Assembly (NCBI RefSeq): GCF_001194135.2
Contig: NC_068982.1
Coordinates: 19,479,483 to 19,521,398 of the forward strand
DNA from: Octopus bimaculoides
Taxonomy: Eukaryota
Length of the DNA stretch: 41,916 bases
Direction: 5' to 3'
This document shows, piece after piece, positions 24,170 to 36,106 of this stretch. The notes under the pieces are model-generated. The model made no database searches and was not told the DNA's origin. It saw nothing but the letters and a program-made list of their open reading frames with translations. The number at the start of each line of letters is the position of its first letter. Within the stretch, counting starts at the first letter, position 1. The position numbers and the translations under genes were made by a program.

Positions 24170-24544
24170 GCGGCGAGCTCGCAGAAACGTTAGCCCGCCG
24201 GACGAAATGCGAAGCGGTATTTCGTCTGCCGTTACGTTCTGAGTTCAAATTTTGCCGAGGTCGACTTTGCCTTTCATCCTTTCGCGGTCGATAAATTAAG
24301 TACCTGCTGTGCACGAGGGTCGAGGTAATCGACTTAATCCCTTTGTCTGTCCTTGTTTTCCACCTCTATGTTTAGCCCCTTCTGGACAATAAAGAAATAA
24401 GGAACGTCAGTACACCGGGCGAAATATTTAGCGGTATTCCGTCTGTCTTTATGTTCTGGGTTCAAATTCCGCCAAAGTTAACTTTGCATTTCATCCTTTC
24501 GGGGTTGATAAATTAAGTACCAGTCGATAAATTAAGTACCAGTC
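24170..24544 (+). mobile_element. Dimeric SINE A (full tail-A monomer plus truncated second monomer)
   Basis: Monomer 1 at 24170-24401; monomer 2 starts aacgtcagtac at 24403 and ends in a 19-bp tandem duplication (24507-24525 / 24526-24544). Confidence 0.9.
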
Positions 24545-25309
24545 TCGCAAAGAATGAGAAGAGGGAAGGGAAAAATTATGAAGTAGATGTTCATTTGTTT
24601 TGTTAGAATGGAAATTAAAATTAGTTAACGTGTTTAATTCGCGAAGAAGTTAAATTTGAGAGATCGTATGCCTAATATGGATAGGATGGAGTCTTTCAGA
24701 TCGGTAATAGAAACTCATCGAGATGATTGCTTTTACTGAAAGCTTCAGAACTAGAAATCGATAGGTTGTTGGAGTTCTTAGGTTTAAAAAGGTTATGAAT
24801 ATTTTCGTTTGTACAAAGCCTGTGACGCCTTGAGCCATTAATGTATGGTGTGGATCGCAAAACGATGCACCCTTTGATGGTGTATTAGGTATTTTTGGCT
24901 TTACGTTTCTATATATGAGAAAGTGGTTTACTTCTTGTTTATGTGCCGGAAAGATAATTATTGGTTAACACGTCCAATTTTTTAGTCACTCTCACGTAGA
25001 CCAATATACTTTTTCACTTCATTTTCATTATATTGTATATCTTATTTGGATCTTTGTGATTTCCGTCACTGCATGTCAGAATCTTTAAAAAAAAATTAAT
25101 GTATCAGATAGATATAATTTGTGACGCTGAATGAGAATTTGTTATTCATTTATTCCAGAAAATATTTACGAAAATGTTACAGGTATTCAAAGTTTGATCA
25201 TTTTCAGAATTTACAGCCAATCAGAAAAAGCGCGTTCTCTGCCTATTTGCATCATCAGGATGGGGGCACCGACATGTCAAAACATTAAACTAGCTTCAGT
25301 AAACAGTGA

Positions 25310-25484
25310 AAAACATTCGCGAACAAATTAAATATTTAAAAGCGACGAACAAATCAACAGGAGTTGCTAGAAGTAAGTCAACACATTAAAAAATATATTC
25401 AAGCAAAGGTGACATTAAAACATTCGCGAGCAACCTCTAATATGTAAAAGCTACAAGCAAACCAACAGGAGTTGCTAGAAATAA
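25310..25484. repeat. Diverged direct repeat, period about 107 bp
   Basis: AAAACATTCGCGA at 25310 and 25417; CAACAGGAGTTGCTAGAA at 25355 and 25463. Confidence 0.85.
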
Positions 25485-25555
25485 CAGTCTAAACATTGCT
25501 TAAAACAGACATATATTAGTTTGAAAAAATTCAAAAACAAAAGTTTGCAATACAC

Positions 25556-25713
25556 TAGGATTTTATAGGATAAATTATCTTTCTCATATCTCCTCCACAT
25601 AAATTCACAAAGATAGGAGTCGACCATGGAACGGTGTGTCCCACAGAGGCGTGTGTTTACATACGTTAAAGATGCCCAGGTACGTTCAATTTTTGAATGC
25701 GAGTCCCATCTGT
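25556..25713 (-). mobile_element. Merlin (IS1595/ISXO2-like DDE) transposase C-terminal remnant
   Basis: Manual translation of 25690->25556: IERTWASLTYVNTRLCGTHRSMVDSYLCEFMWRRYEKDNLSYKIL, matching the Merlin motif IEsxW...GT...YLxEFMWR. TDGTRIQK lies just upstream across a 1-nt frameshift. Absent from the ORF track. Confidence 0.8.
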
Positions 25714-25758
25714 TATGAAAATAAACAATTATAGATCACATGGTGGTTAAACTGCGTT

Positions 25759-25770
25759 TGCGCATGCGCA
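25759..25770. promoter_or_regulatory. Perfect NRF1-type palindrome TGCGCATGCGCA
   Basis: Exact match to the YGCGCAYGCGCR consensus in CpG-poor DNA; lies in or beside the Merlin remnant. Function untested. Confidence 0.35.
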
Positions 25771-27635
25771 GCACTTTTTGGGGTTACTATAGAAAGAGAG
25801 TTCTTCCCAATAAGCTATGGAACACTTTGTGCTTCTTTGCTTTGGGTAGTACGGAAACAGAGTTCTTCGCCATGGTGATGTGTAAAGTACTCGTTTCTGA
25901 TTGGCTAAAACACCCAATTTGCAAATTTTAAATTATGGATTTATGGAGGAAATGAATTTTATTTTCATAATTATTATACAAACTTAACCCATATACCAAA
26001 TTTGAAACCAATTGTATCAAAATTGTAGACAGTGACGAAAACCACGAAGGTCCTTTGATTTGACGCCAGCTACATATTCCTCTGATCTGAGCATTCATTC
26101 ATCGTCGCGTTAGCTCGTATCTGCATTACTGCAGTAACATTTTGGAGTAGGTATCAGGTTAAAGGGACGCAGCTTCTTATCCCACTCCCCTCCTTTTCTC
26201 GTTTCCCCCTTTTTTTAAATATCATTTTTCGTCTTGTTCCTTCTTGCTTTTTCGTCTTTTCATTTCCATAGAACAACCACATTTTATTTTTAGATTAAAA
26301 CATTACACGAGAGTGATAAACAACCTCGTCCGAGTCTTGTACTGTCGGTGGAGGAAACTAATCGTAGCTCGCTTTTAAATCCTGTATTTAATAAATGATA
26401 TTTATCTCTCGCTGGAAGACTGCTTCTTTGTTGGTCCCTCAAATAAAAGAGGAATATATTGTATAACAGACAGACACTCAGACACAGCCATTTATATATA
26501 TATATAATAATCTCTAAGCTAAAAGAATTCAACTGGTGAATTTGTTGTAACAATACACACAGTCATATTCATGTTATAGATTGTTTGATAATTCTTATTA
26601 CATTTGTATTTCTAATTCATGATGTTCTGTGTTCCTCATGGGAATTCGACTATGTTATTGCCTTGATTTATTGATGTGTAAAGTAATGAATTGAAAACAA
26701 GTAGCATTAATAATGTTTCGATACTCTTGATTTATATAGAGGGAGATATATGTTCTTTTATTGTTTTACTTGTTTCAGTCATTACGTCGCCGACATGCAT
26801 GGGCACGCCCGCACGCACAAACATACGCACACATACACACACATATATGCATAGATATATATGTAATGCATGCATACATTTCTGCGCATTAATGATTATC
26901 CGTGTTTTTTTTTTAATATAGAAATATGACTGTATGTAGGAAACGCTTGCTTTACCTTTACACTTACTTCGATCTCCCAAATGTGCATCTTTACACATTA
27001 ATCTATATGCTAAAAAGTATAATATACCCAAGAATTTTTCTAATTGCTGTAAGAAAATTGCTATACCCAGACAGATTTTCTATTCGCTTCTCATAAGTTA
27101 TGTCGTATCCAATTTCACACGATATATATACTATCTGACACAAAATTAATAATAATATAAAAGATGCCGAGTATAAATCTTTAAATCTTTTGTATGTGGA
27201 GTACATATATATATAGTTATTTTTTAATGGATTGTAAATAATTATCATTAAATGAACTCCCCACAATTTGTTAGATATAATGTACCGTTGTCTCACAAAT
27301 CTTGATATTATCTCTAGACGTATTTTTAAAAATAATAATGTTGCTAGTAACTTACCCTGCATCCGTAAATTACTAGTAATATATTATGGTTGGGATAACT
27401 GATTATCTAGTTAAATTACTAAAATTAGTCCTGTATAAAAGCAAGAAACAAATGTGTGTATGTAAAGCGAATATAACGCAAAATCAGGATTTTAAATATA
27501 TATTTCTAAAACTGTGAATTTAAATCGTACAAACAACACAAGTAAACTAGGCTTTAATACGTCGTTTGATGTAAACTATATTTACTTTCTGTCTTAGTTA
27601 CAACCTTAGATTTATTTTAATATTAAATAACATTT

Positions 27636-28012
27636 GGTGGAGGCGCAATGGCCCAATGGCCCAGTGGTTAGGGCAGCGGACTCGCGGTCATAGGATCGTG
27701 GTTTCGATTCCCAGACCGGGCGTTGTGAGTGTTTATTGAGCAACCACCTAAAGCTCCACGAGGTTCCGGCAGGGGATGGTGGCGAGCTCTGCTGTACTCT
27801 TTCACCACAGCTTTATCTCACTCTCACTCTTACTTCCTGTTTTTGGTGTGCCTGTATTTCAAAGGGCCAGCCTTGTAACGCTGAATATCCCTGAAATCTA
27901 CGTTAAGTGTTTACGTGTATGTGGAGTGCTCAGCCACTTGCACGTTAATTTCACGAGCAGGCTGTTCCGTTGATCGGATCAACTGGAACCCTCGAAGTCG
28001 TAATCGACGGAA
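27636..28012 (+). mobile_element. SINE family B (tRNA-derived head), 3' end at a gap
   Basis: A-box TGGCCCAGTGG, B-box-like GGTTTCGATTCC, then about 300 bp of body shared with the copy at 36597-36976. Confidence 0.92.
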
Positions 28013-28464
28013 NNNNNNNNNNTGAAGATTTATGTTATAGGCGTACTTATGATATTTATTTAGCATATGTTAGAAAAATTTCAAGTTTATTTATAACATT
28101 TTAATGGCCGGTTGACTGAGGAATATATTAGGTATAAGCTTATGAGAACTAATAAAAATTAGATAACAATAGGAGCATCTGGAGTTAGAAGAGTTTACAT
28201 TCTTTATTTTATTACATGTTCTTAGATTTCTGTTCACAAAATCATTTTCATGTTGGTTTACGTTTTCATAAATTAATATTCAGAATGCAAAAGTTTACTT
28301 GCCAACAAAATGTGAACAACGTTACTGTTATTTAGCCCCAGGAAAANNNNNNNNNNTGTGCTTGCATAATATATGCAGGTAACTACCCAGAAACCTAGGT
28401 CTGTGAGTATCACGTAAGGCTAGAGATGGCAGCGATGACCTCACTTTCGTACACTATATGAAAT

Positions 28465-28590
28465 TATGAAAAGTAAAGAGCCTGGAATGTTGAAAGTTAG
28501 TCAACATCGTCCGAAGTTCATCTCAGAACGTAAAAACAGACGAAGAGCAGCTAGGTGACGTGTTAACGATAATGGAAACTTGCCACCTTA
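28465..28590 (-). mobile_element. Highly diverged SINE A 5' half
   Basis: ctcagaacgtaaaaacagacgaag..gtgttaacgataatggaaacttgccacctt. Confidence 0.5.
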
Positions 28591-28984
28591 ATATTACATT
28601 GCATGATTAAATGACATCAGAAATCTACAGGACCATCGATGGATAACAGCAAGGCAGAATGCCTTAAATTTTCTGCTGTCGTTGACAGAGTAATATCAAC
28701 ACCTAATACATTAATCCATTCCATGGAATTTGACTGTTATGTTGCAACGATATTATTGATAGTGGTACTAACGTTTAACTTTGACACATATCGATACGTA
28801 TTCATCATACTGATGTGTTCGAGTACTTATGAATTTCCTTACAAGCGACGAAAAACACAACTAGTGCATATTTGCACGCACATACAAGCACACACACACA
28901 CGTCCACATAAATATGTGTGAGTGTGTATCTTTATTTATACATAGTGGAAAATGCTAGTATAATTTTCTCCTTCTCTCTCCCTG

Positions 28985-29021
<37 letters not shown>

Positions 29022-31529
29022 NNNNNNNNNNNNNNNNNNNNNNNNNNNNNNNNNNNNNNNNNNNNNNNNNNNNNNNNNNNNNNNNNNNNNNNNNNNNNNN
29101 NNNNNNNNNNNNNNNNNNNNNNNNNNNNNNNNNNNNNNNNNNNNNNNNNNNNNNNNNNNNNNNNNNNNNNNNNNNNNNNNNNNNNNNNNNNNNNNNNNNN
29201 NNNNNNNNNNNNNNNNNNNNNNNNNNNNNNNNNNNNNNNNNNNNNNNNNNNNNNNNNNNNNNNNNNNNNNNNNNNNNNNNNNNNNNNNNNNNNNNNNNNN
29301 NNNNNNNNNNNNNNNNNNNNNNNNNNNNNNNNNNNNNNNNNNNNNNNNNNNNNNNNNNNNNNNNNNNNNNNNNNNNNNNNNNNNNNNNNNNNNNNNNNNN
29401 NNNNNNNNNNNNNNNNNNNNNNNNNNNNNNNNNNNNNNNNNNNNNNNNNNNNNNNNNNNNNNNNNNNNNNNNNNNNNNNNNNNNNNNNNNNNNNNNNNNN
29501 NNNNNNNNNNNNNNNNNNNNNNNNNNNNNNNNNNNNNNNNNNNNNNNNNNNNNNNNNNNNNNNNNNNNNNNNNNNNNNNNNNNNNNNNNNNNNNNNNNNN
29601 NNNNNNNNNNNNNNNNNNNNNNNNNNNNNNNNNNNNNNNNNNNNNNNNNNNNNNNNNNNNNNNNNNNNNNNNNNNNNNNNNNNNNNNNNNNNNNNNNNNN
29701 NNNNNNNNNNNNNNNNNNNNNNNNNNNNNNNNNNNNNNNNNNNNNNNNNNNNNNNNNNNNNNNNNNNNNNNNNNNNNNNNNNNNNNNNNNNNNNNNNNNN
29801 NNNNNNNNNNNNNNNNNNNNNNNNNNNNNNNNNNNNNNNNNNNNNNNNNNNNNNNNNNNNNNNNNNNNNNNNNNNNNNNNNNNNNNNNNNNNNNNNNNNN
29901 NNNNNNNNNNNNNNNNNNNNNNNNNNNNNNNNNNNNNNNNNNNNNNNNNNNNNNNNNNNNATATATTTATGCTCAAACACACACACACTTATATATATAC
30001 ATCCATGTATGTATTCATATGTATTTATATATCTTTCCCTCCTCTCTCAGTACATGTGATTTAATGTGCATATATACGAGTTTATATGTGTGTGTTAATG
30101 TATTAATCAATTGAAACATTAACATGCAGTTCATGTATTGACGTTGATAAATAACGACTAATATGTGTTAGTTATATACTTGCTAACATTTCTCAATAAA
30201 ATTACGCTTTAACTGAAATAACGTTACCTGTTTGGTTTATATTTCAATAACAAGATTTATACTGTCATTGAAAACGCTCGTTTGGTATTCATTTTTTAAA
30301 TTTTTATGTAGTATATTTTTCTGATCACATGAAAACGTATCTTGCTGAATTCACACGACGTCAGCCGCACGTGGGTTTCACATTCTAAAATGTGAAAATG
30401 TGAAAATTAAAATAATCAGTTTTCCCTTTGTTAGAGAGCATGTTACACTCAAATTTATTTCAAGAATATGAATTCTTTTCTGGTGTTCTTATAAATTAAA
30501 CAACGATGTCTGTATTACTTTTAATCAATACAATGTTGACGTATCTACAAATAGCATATCAATGGAAATTTACAAACCACAGACAGTACTTCTCGCACAC
30601 ATTGCTCAACATTTCCCTCTAAATGATTATAATTTTTGCAAACAGTTTTCAGTATTTTAGTTTTTGCATAGCATGGCTTATAACACCGAGATTTACATAT
30701 GTTCTTTCTACAACGGTAACTTTCAGATCTATTGCGTAAGATAAAATTCTTATTACGTTTATCCTTTTGTTTTGCCAGATTCTTGATGTGAACTTGTATG
30801 TTGAAACATATATTGCTATATTTCGGAATAATCATTTCTCTCTTTTTTTAATATAATATTTTTCTCGGCAAAAGAGGGTAAAAATGATCATCCCGAAATA
30901 TAACAATAACATTCTTATTGTTTCCGTGAAACTACAACTATGCTTTCACATCCATTACAACAATTGAAACACAATATTATGTTATAAGAAAAGTATCGAT
31001 TGGAAACTATAGTATGAATAGTTTGCCTACAATATACAGCACAAGGTTACATAACAAAGAAAACAGTATTTATGGCAACATTAGATTGGATATTCCTTTG
31101 GGAATTACCGATTCAGCTGTAGCAGAATAAGAGGAAACGTATATGTGGTAATCCACCTTATGGGAGTATGGAAATGGTATACGAGTTAAGATAAGTATGT
31201 GAGAATAATGCATAATGTTTTTTTGCATTCGGGTTATCAGTATTTCATTTTATGTTCATGGCGTTATACTTGGATTGAGGCAGCCGGTCAGTCAACGGAA
31301 AATGTTCATCAGACAATGCTTTTGATATATATTTATTGATTTATATTCTTAACAGAATCTTCCTCGTAAAAGTATTGCTGTTGCTCTCATAAAAGTTTTG
31401 AATAAAAGTTACAGCACTTTATTTCATAACTGCGAAATGTCCTTCAATATAAGTAGTAGGTAGTCGTCATATACACATTATGACTACTATCTAGATACAT
31501 ATGCATATACATAGATACATTGATACATG

Positions 31530-31572
<43 letters not shown>

Positions 31573-32336
31573 NNNNNNNNNNNNNNNNNNNNNNNNNNNN
31601 NNNNNNNAGTACAGCAGTTTTTCATGCATAACAAAACGAGAACTTATGCAGTAGAAAATCTTGCTAGCATGGAATGTCTGAAATCCGACAACAAACATAT
31701 AATATGCAGAGTAAATGGCGACAAATGGTGCCCTTGAAATGCAGATCTTTGTGTTATGCATAGCATACGCGATTTCTGCCGCGTGATTATCTATATATAA
31801 GGTAAAGAAACAAAAAAAAAAAAAATCTCAGCTACAAAATAAGGAGAAAAAAGATCAGTCGGATATATTTCAAAAATATGCTTTATCATTGCGGTCTGGA
31901 ATATATCGCACAAAGGGATCGACGTAAATCATTAATGCATCGTACGAAATTTCATGAACAAAACACGAAATTTGGTTTTTACGGAGTAACAAAGCAACTA
32001 GCTCCCAATCGTTTCTGGCTGGGATATGCAACCGTCGGGATGAAATAGTAACAATTTCTTCAATCAAATTGTGACAGTAACTTCAGCTAGTTGAGCCTTT
32101 ATCAAGATCTCATCTTTCTGAATTCGAATCTGGTTTTAAAATTTTCTCATTTGAGTTTAGAAAAAGACTATCGGAAGAATATATGATTTTCTTTGAGCTT
32201 AGAAGTGCATTTCGTTCCGTCAATAGAGCAGTGTAGTGAGGAGAATTAACTAAACTATAGCTGTCCATAAATATTCATACAAATTAGCGGCTTCTGGACG
32301 AATGCAGAAAAAGGGCAGTGTGTTAGTGTCCCACAA

Positions 32337-33541
32337 TACACAAGGTGGCATCAAAACATTCCTGGGATAGCTATGTTTAATAAAAATAACTTATTTGTCT
32401 AAGTTTTAACATCATCTCCTTCAAAATATTCACCTTGCGTAGCAATACACCGGTTCTAGCATTCGTGCCACTCCTCCCATTCCTGGAATCCGTAAGCTAG
32501 TCGATGACCTTCGGCTGTTCCCTCCTGATCACGGCAACAATGTTAAAACGGCGACTTTTCATCTTGTGAAAGAGATCAAAGTTCGCAGGTGCTAAATCTG
32601 GCGAATAGGGTGGGTACAGAAGTGACACCATGTTGGTTTTGACGAGACACTCACGAATGAGAGCGTGGTATCAAGGTGCATTACATCGTGAAGAATCTAA
32701 TCCTCCATATTCTAGAGATTCGGTCGCTTTCGCCGAATGTCATCCCTCAAACGCTTCAAAAATGTCATAGTAGAACTCTTGACTGACGGTCTGGGCCTTG
32801 ATGGGGATTCTTGATGCACAATCCCGCGGATGTCGAAAGAAAAGATTAGCATGCTTTTAACTGAACTGCATCTATGCCTCCTTCAGTCATGGGGATGAAA
32901 GGTCCTTCCATTGTGATGACTTCTGCTTCTTCTCAAAGTCTGCTTCTCTTCAACGGTTACGATCCTCAAAATGAAGCGTGAGTCATCAACGGTACATTAA
33001 CGGAGACCTTGACAGATTTCGACGAAACTTGGCAGAGACACGCCGTATGTTCAATTCAGACGTTAAGATTACCTGCACGGACCAATACGACAGACCAACA
33101 ACCAGAATGAGGTTGATTGTTCTCCGATCATTCTCATGCACAAGCTGATGAATTTCCTCTACATTTCCGGGAGTGATGTTCGTGGCAGATCTTCTAGATT
33201 ACTCATCGTCTTCCAGAGAAGTTCTTCCGTTTTAGAAGCACCCACGCCGTTAGAAACGCTACGTACAATCCATTGTCTTATGACCGTAAACTTGCCGACG
33301 CATTCTCAGTGACGCCCTAAGTTTAACGCAAAATGTCATGTTGGCTCATTGTTCCAACTCTCAGTCCATGACAAAAAATCACAGACTACATCTTACACGT
33401 CATCGCAAAAACACGTTTCACAACTTGCGAAATAAACAGAGGGATGTCACTAGGCACTCTGCTAGCTCTCACTGAGCACACAAATCTGTGCTGCCATCTG
33501 TTCGGGCACTACAGAACTAGTCCGGGCACTTTCTAATACAC

Positions 33542-33546
<5 letters not shown>
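32337..33546 (-). mobile_element. Full-length degenerate mariner (Tc1/mariner) DNA transposon
   Basis: Minus-strand transposase remnants in order: LEQ*ANMTFCVKL, MLIFSFDIRGIVHQE, GQTVSQEFY, LKRLRDDIRRKRPNL, PPYSPDLAPANFDLFHKMK (YSPDLAP at 32587-32607), RCIATQGEYFEGD. Many stops and frameshifts. Diverged ~30-bp TIRs at 32337-32370 and 33517-33546; about 1.2 kb overall. Confidence 0.92.
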
Positions 33547-33584
<38 letters not shown>

Positions 33585-33586
33585 AT
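33544..33586. repeat. (CA)n at the right end of the mariner
   Basis: Direct reading. Confidence 0.95.
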
Positions 33587-34393
33587 ATTTTCCGCAATTA
33601 TCAATATTTGGAATTCCACTTTCATATCAATTATGCTCGAGCGCACTTCGGTCAAGTTTTCACCTGAAATCCAGATTCAACAGTACATTGATTATGATGA
33701 TGATGAGAGGGAGGAGAAGACGCAGGAGAGGAAGAATGGGAACTCCAATGAACCACAGTTTTTCGTCACCCACTTGCTAACTTCTCAGTTTTATGTCATT
33801 TTAATTATTAAAAGACACTAAAATCGTAGATATGTTTACTACTTTTGCTATTCATGACACATGATGAAGAAAAAACACCGTCTCCCACAAAATTATAATT
33901 ATTTTGTATTAGCGTTGGCAAGTGCACATAATATTTTAAGTATTTCGCAATTTCTAAATACAAAGTATTTAAGAAACGTAGATACACATTAAATGTATGA
34001 ATTAAAATCCTATAGCGCATCTCATTCAGCAAGGCTATTAGATTTTCTTTCCCGTCTAATCTCAAATAGTAGACTTTATTACTGTGTGGCATCAGCACTG
34101 GCAAATCCACGTGAGTACGTAGTACTTCGCAAGTTTTATCTACCAAGTGATTAGAAATAGTTCAATTTTCATTATAGACACAGACTTAATGTGTTAAATT
34201 TAGATAACATGCTCCATGGCTAAAAGAGTTTATGTTATAGTTCACTCCCACAGTCAAATCTACGGCAAATCATAATCCACAGCAGATCATAATCTTACTG
34301 GCGCAGAAATATGATAGGAAATATTTTATAGTTAACTACATTTAGTAAAGCTAATTAAGATCATTTTACCACATTTAGTAAAATTTTATTTAC

Positions 34394-34553
34394 CAACCTA
34401 CTGAACTCCGACTGATTTACTGACGCACTCAACATCCAGTCCCACCACGTGCAGTTTCCAATGCAAAGAATTAATATCGCTGAATACACTTCGCTGCAGC
34501 CTCTTGTCAAAGTGGCGCCAGCACGCTGCCAACGTCCTATCCGAATGTGTGAG
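34394..34553 (-). other. Candidate exon of an unidentified minus-strand gene
   Basis: Acceptor ttttctttatttttaAG; 51% GC over 34425-34553; two open frames; possible donors after 34425, 34421 or 34394. Confidence 0.3.
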
Positions 34554-36106
34554 CTTAAAAATAAAGAAAATATCTGGTGCCCCTTTCGCGCCATTCATGT
34601 AACGTGAGCTAACCAATAAAAGACCTAACATCTAAACGCCATCTTGAATTTCTTTCAAATCTCTTAGCATCTAATGGAATAGACGTTTTCTACTCGACCA
34701 CGAAACTTTACGTCATGTGGAGCCAAATAGAATCAAATTGATATAAATATGCGTGTGCGTATATGTTTGTGTTTCAATGTGCCCAGTGTTTGATTTTTGC
34801 GTTTATTTATGCGTATATATACACACATCCACACATACAGACGTACAAACACGCAAATACACACATTCACATATATTTTCAATTAGACAGGAATATTATA
34901 CCTTATACTAATAGATATGAAATGTAGTATATTCTTGAATTATAATTTAAAATCTTTGCTATTCTTGATGTCCCTGGTACTCCAAGCAAAATCCCATAGA
35001 TATTAAGCTAATCAATATATGGGCTAAACATTTACATACCGTTACAAACAACTTTCGAATAAGATTACTATCTTTAAAATTAGTAATAGGATTTGATGTA
35101 AGAAAAATGTAAGAAATATTGTTTGATGTGTCACAGCAAGAGAGGATTTATGTGATCATATTGATTTGGAATTTTGCTAACAGGAGTTAATGTACATATG
35201 GGTATGATATATCTAGATTATTTAATATTGGACAGTCTTTGTGAATTGATAAAAAAAAAACAACTTAAAATGTCAAAAAAACATCATTTCCATTCCGCAT
35301 TTTGAAATTTTATCTTCATATATTTCCCTCCGAAAAGCGAGAAACTTCTAGTCGGTCGCTTTGCTTGCTAGAATTAGCAGTGAAATTTGTCCTAATTCCA
35401 TATCCCGACAGCTTCACAATTGGCAGAAATATTTGCAGATATTATCATGAGAAGTGTAAAACTGTTACCATCATTCATCTGCACGACTAGAACTGAAATG
35501 AGATAAAGAATTAAGAACAACATAAACACCAATTCCTGTAAAAATTTGATTATTATATCTTCAAATTTGTTTAATGGGAATCGAATATAAAAAAAAACTT
35601 ATTTATGACAGTATTAAGCAAATCATTTTTTATGGCTGTAATAATTGTCTATGTTACTTGTCTATGGTACTTGTTTATGTAATTGCCTTTTGTCTACATA
35701 TCTAGCATGGTTGCTACGAACTTTAAGGAGTAACTTTTAGAATTCTTGATAATCAGCCGTTCATTTACCTGCTGATTTGAATCTGCTATATTTTAAAGTA
35801 AGATTAGAGAGTTACATATGAGGCAGATACCAGCCTTCCAAAATAAATTCGAGATTATTTTCAAATACACATAAAAAAGACTTTAATTCATTTTGACCCA
35901 CTACATTATGAATGTTAGTTCACAATTAAGTATATGTTTTAAAGCAAACAGCAAACCTAGAAACTTTTCCCACTTCAGTATTTATATTTGATAAATAATG
36001 CGGAAAATTCTAAACAATGGAACGATTTATATTAATACATCAATCATTGTTACAAATAATTATCATTCATATGCATAAAAATAGTAGTCCTACCAGTTAC
36101 ATACAA

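Noticed and set aside
25150-26000. Extended terminal inverted repeats for the Merlin remnant
   Set aside because: Beyond the 13-bp match the two sides do not align with consistent spacing, and no TSD was found.
27356-27430. Minus-strand segment with a strong acceptor and G/GTAAGT donor
   Set aside because: All three frames closed. GTAAGT is expected about ten times per strand at this composition. Could only be a UTR exon; not supportable without RNA data.
27636-27720. tRNA-like sequence (also 36895-36976 and 36380-36445 on the minus strand)
   Set aside because: A and B boxes are present but no closed acceptor stem, and each runs into a shared body with tail and TSD: SINE heads, not tRNA genes.
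28918-30114. Long X-filled ORFs (also 701-1381, 6794-7315, 11578-12392, 17874-18599)
   Set aside because: Open only because they cross N-gaps.
31870-32067. 65-aa minus ORF, and similar ORFs at 19150-19416, 33633-33821 and 35302-35490
   Set aside because: No recognisable domain, mostly non-ATG starts or no convincing splice boundaries; lengths are within chance expectation.
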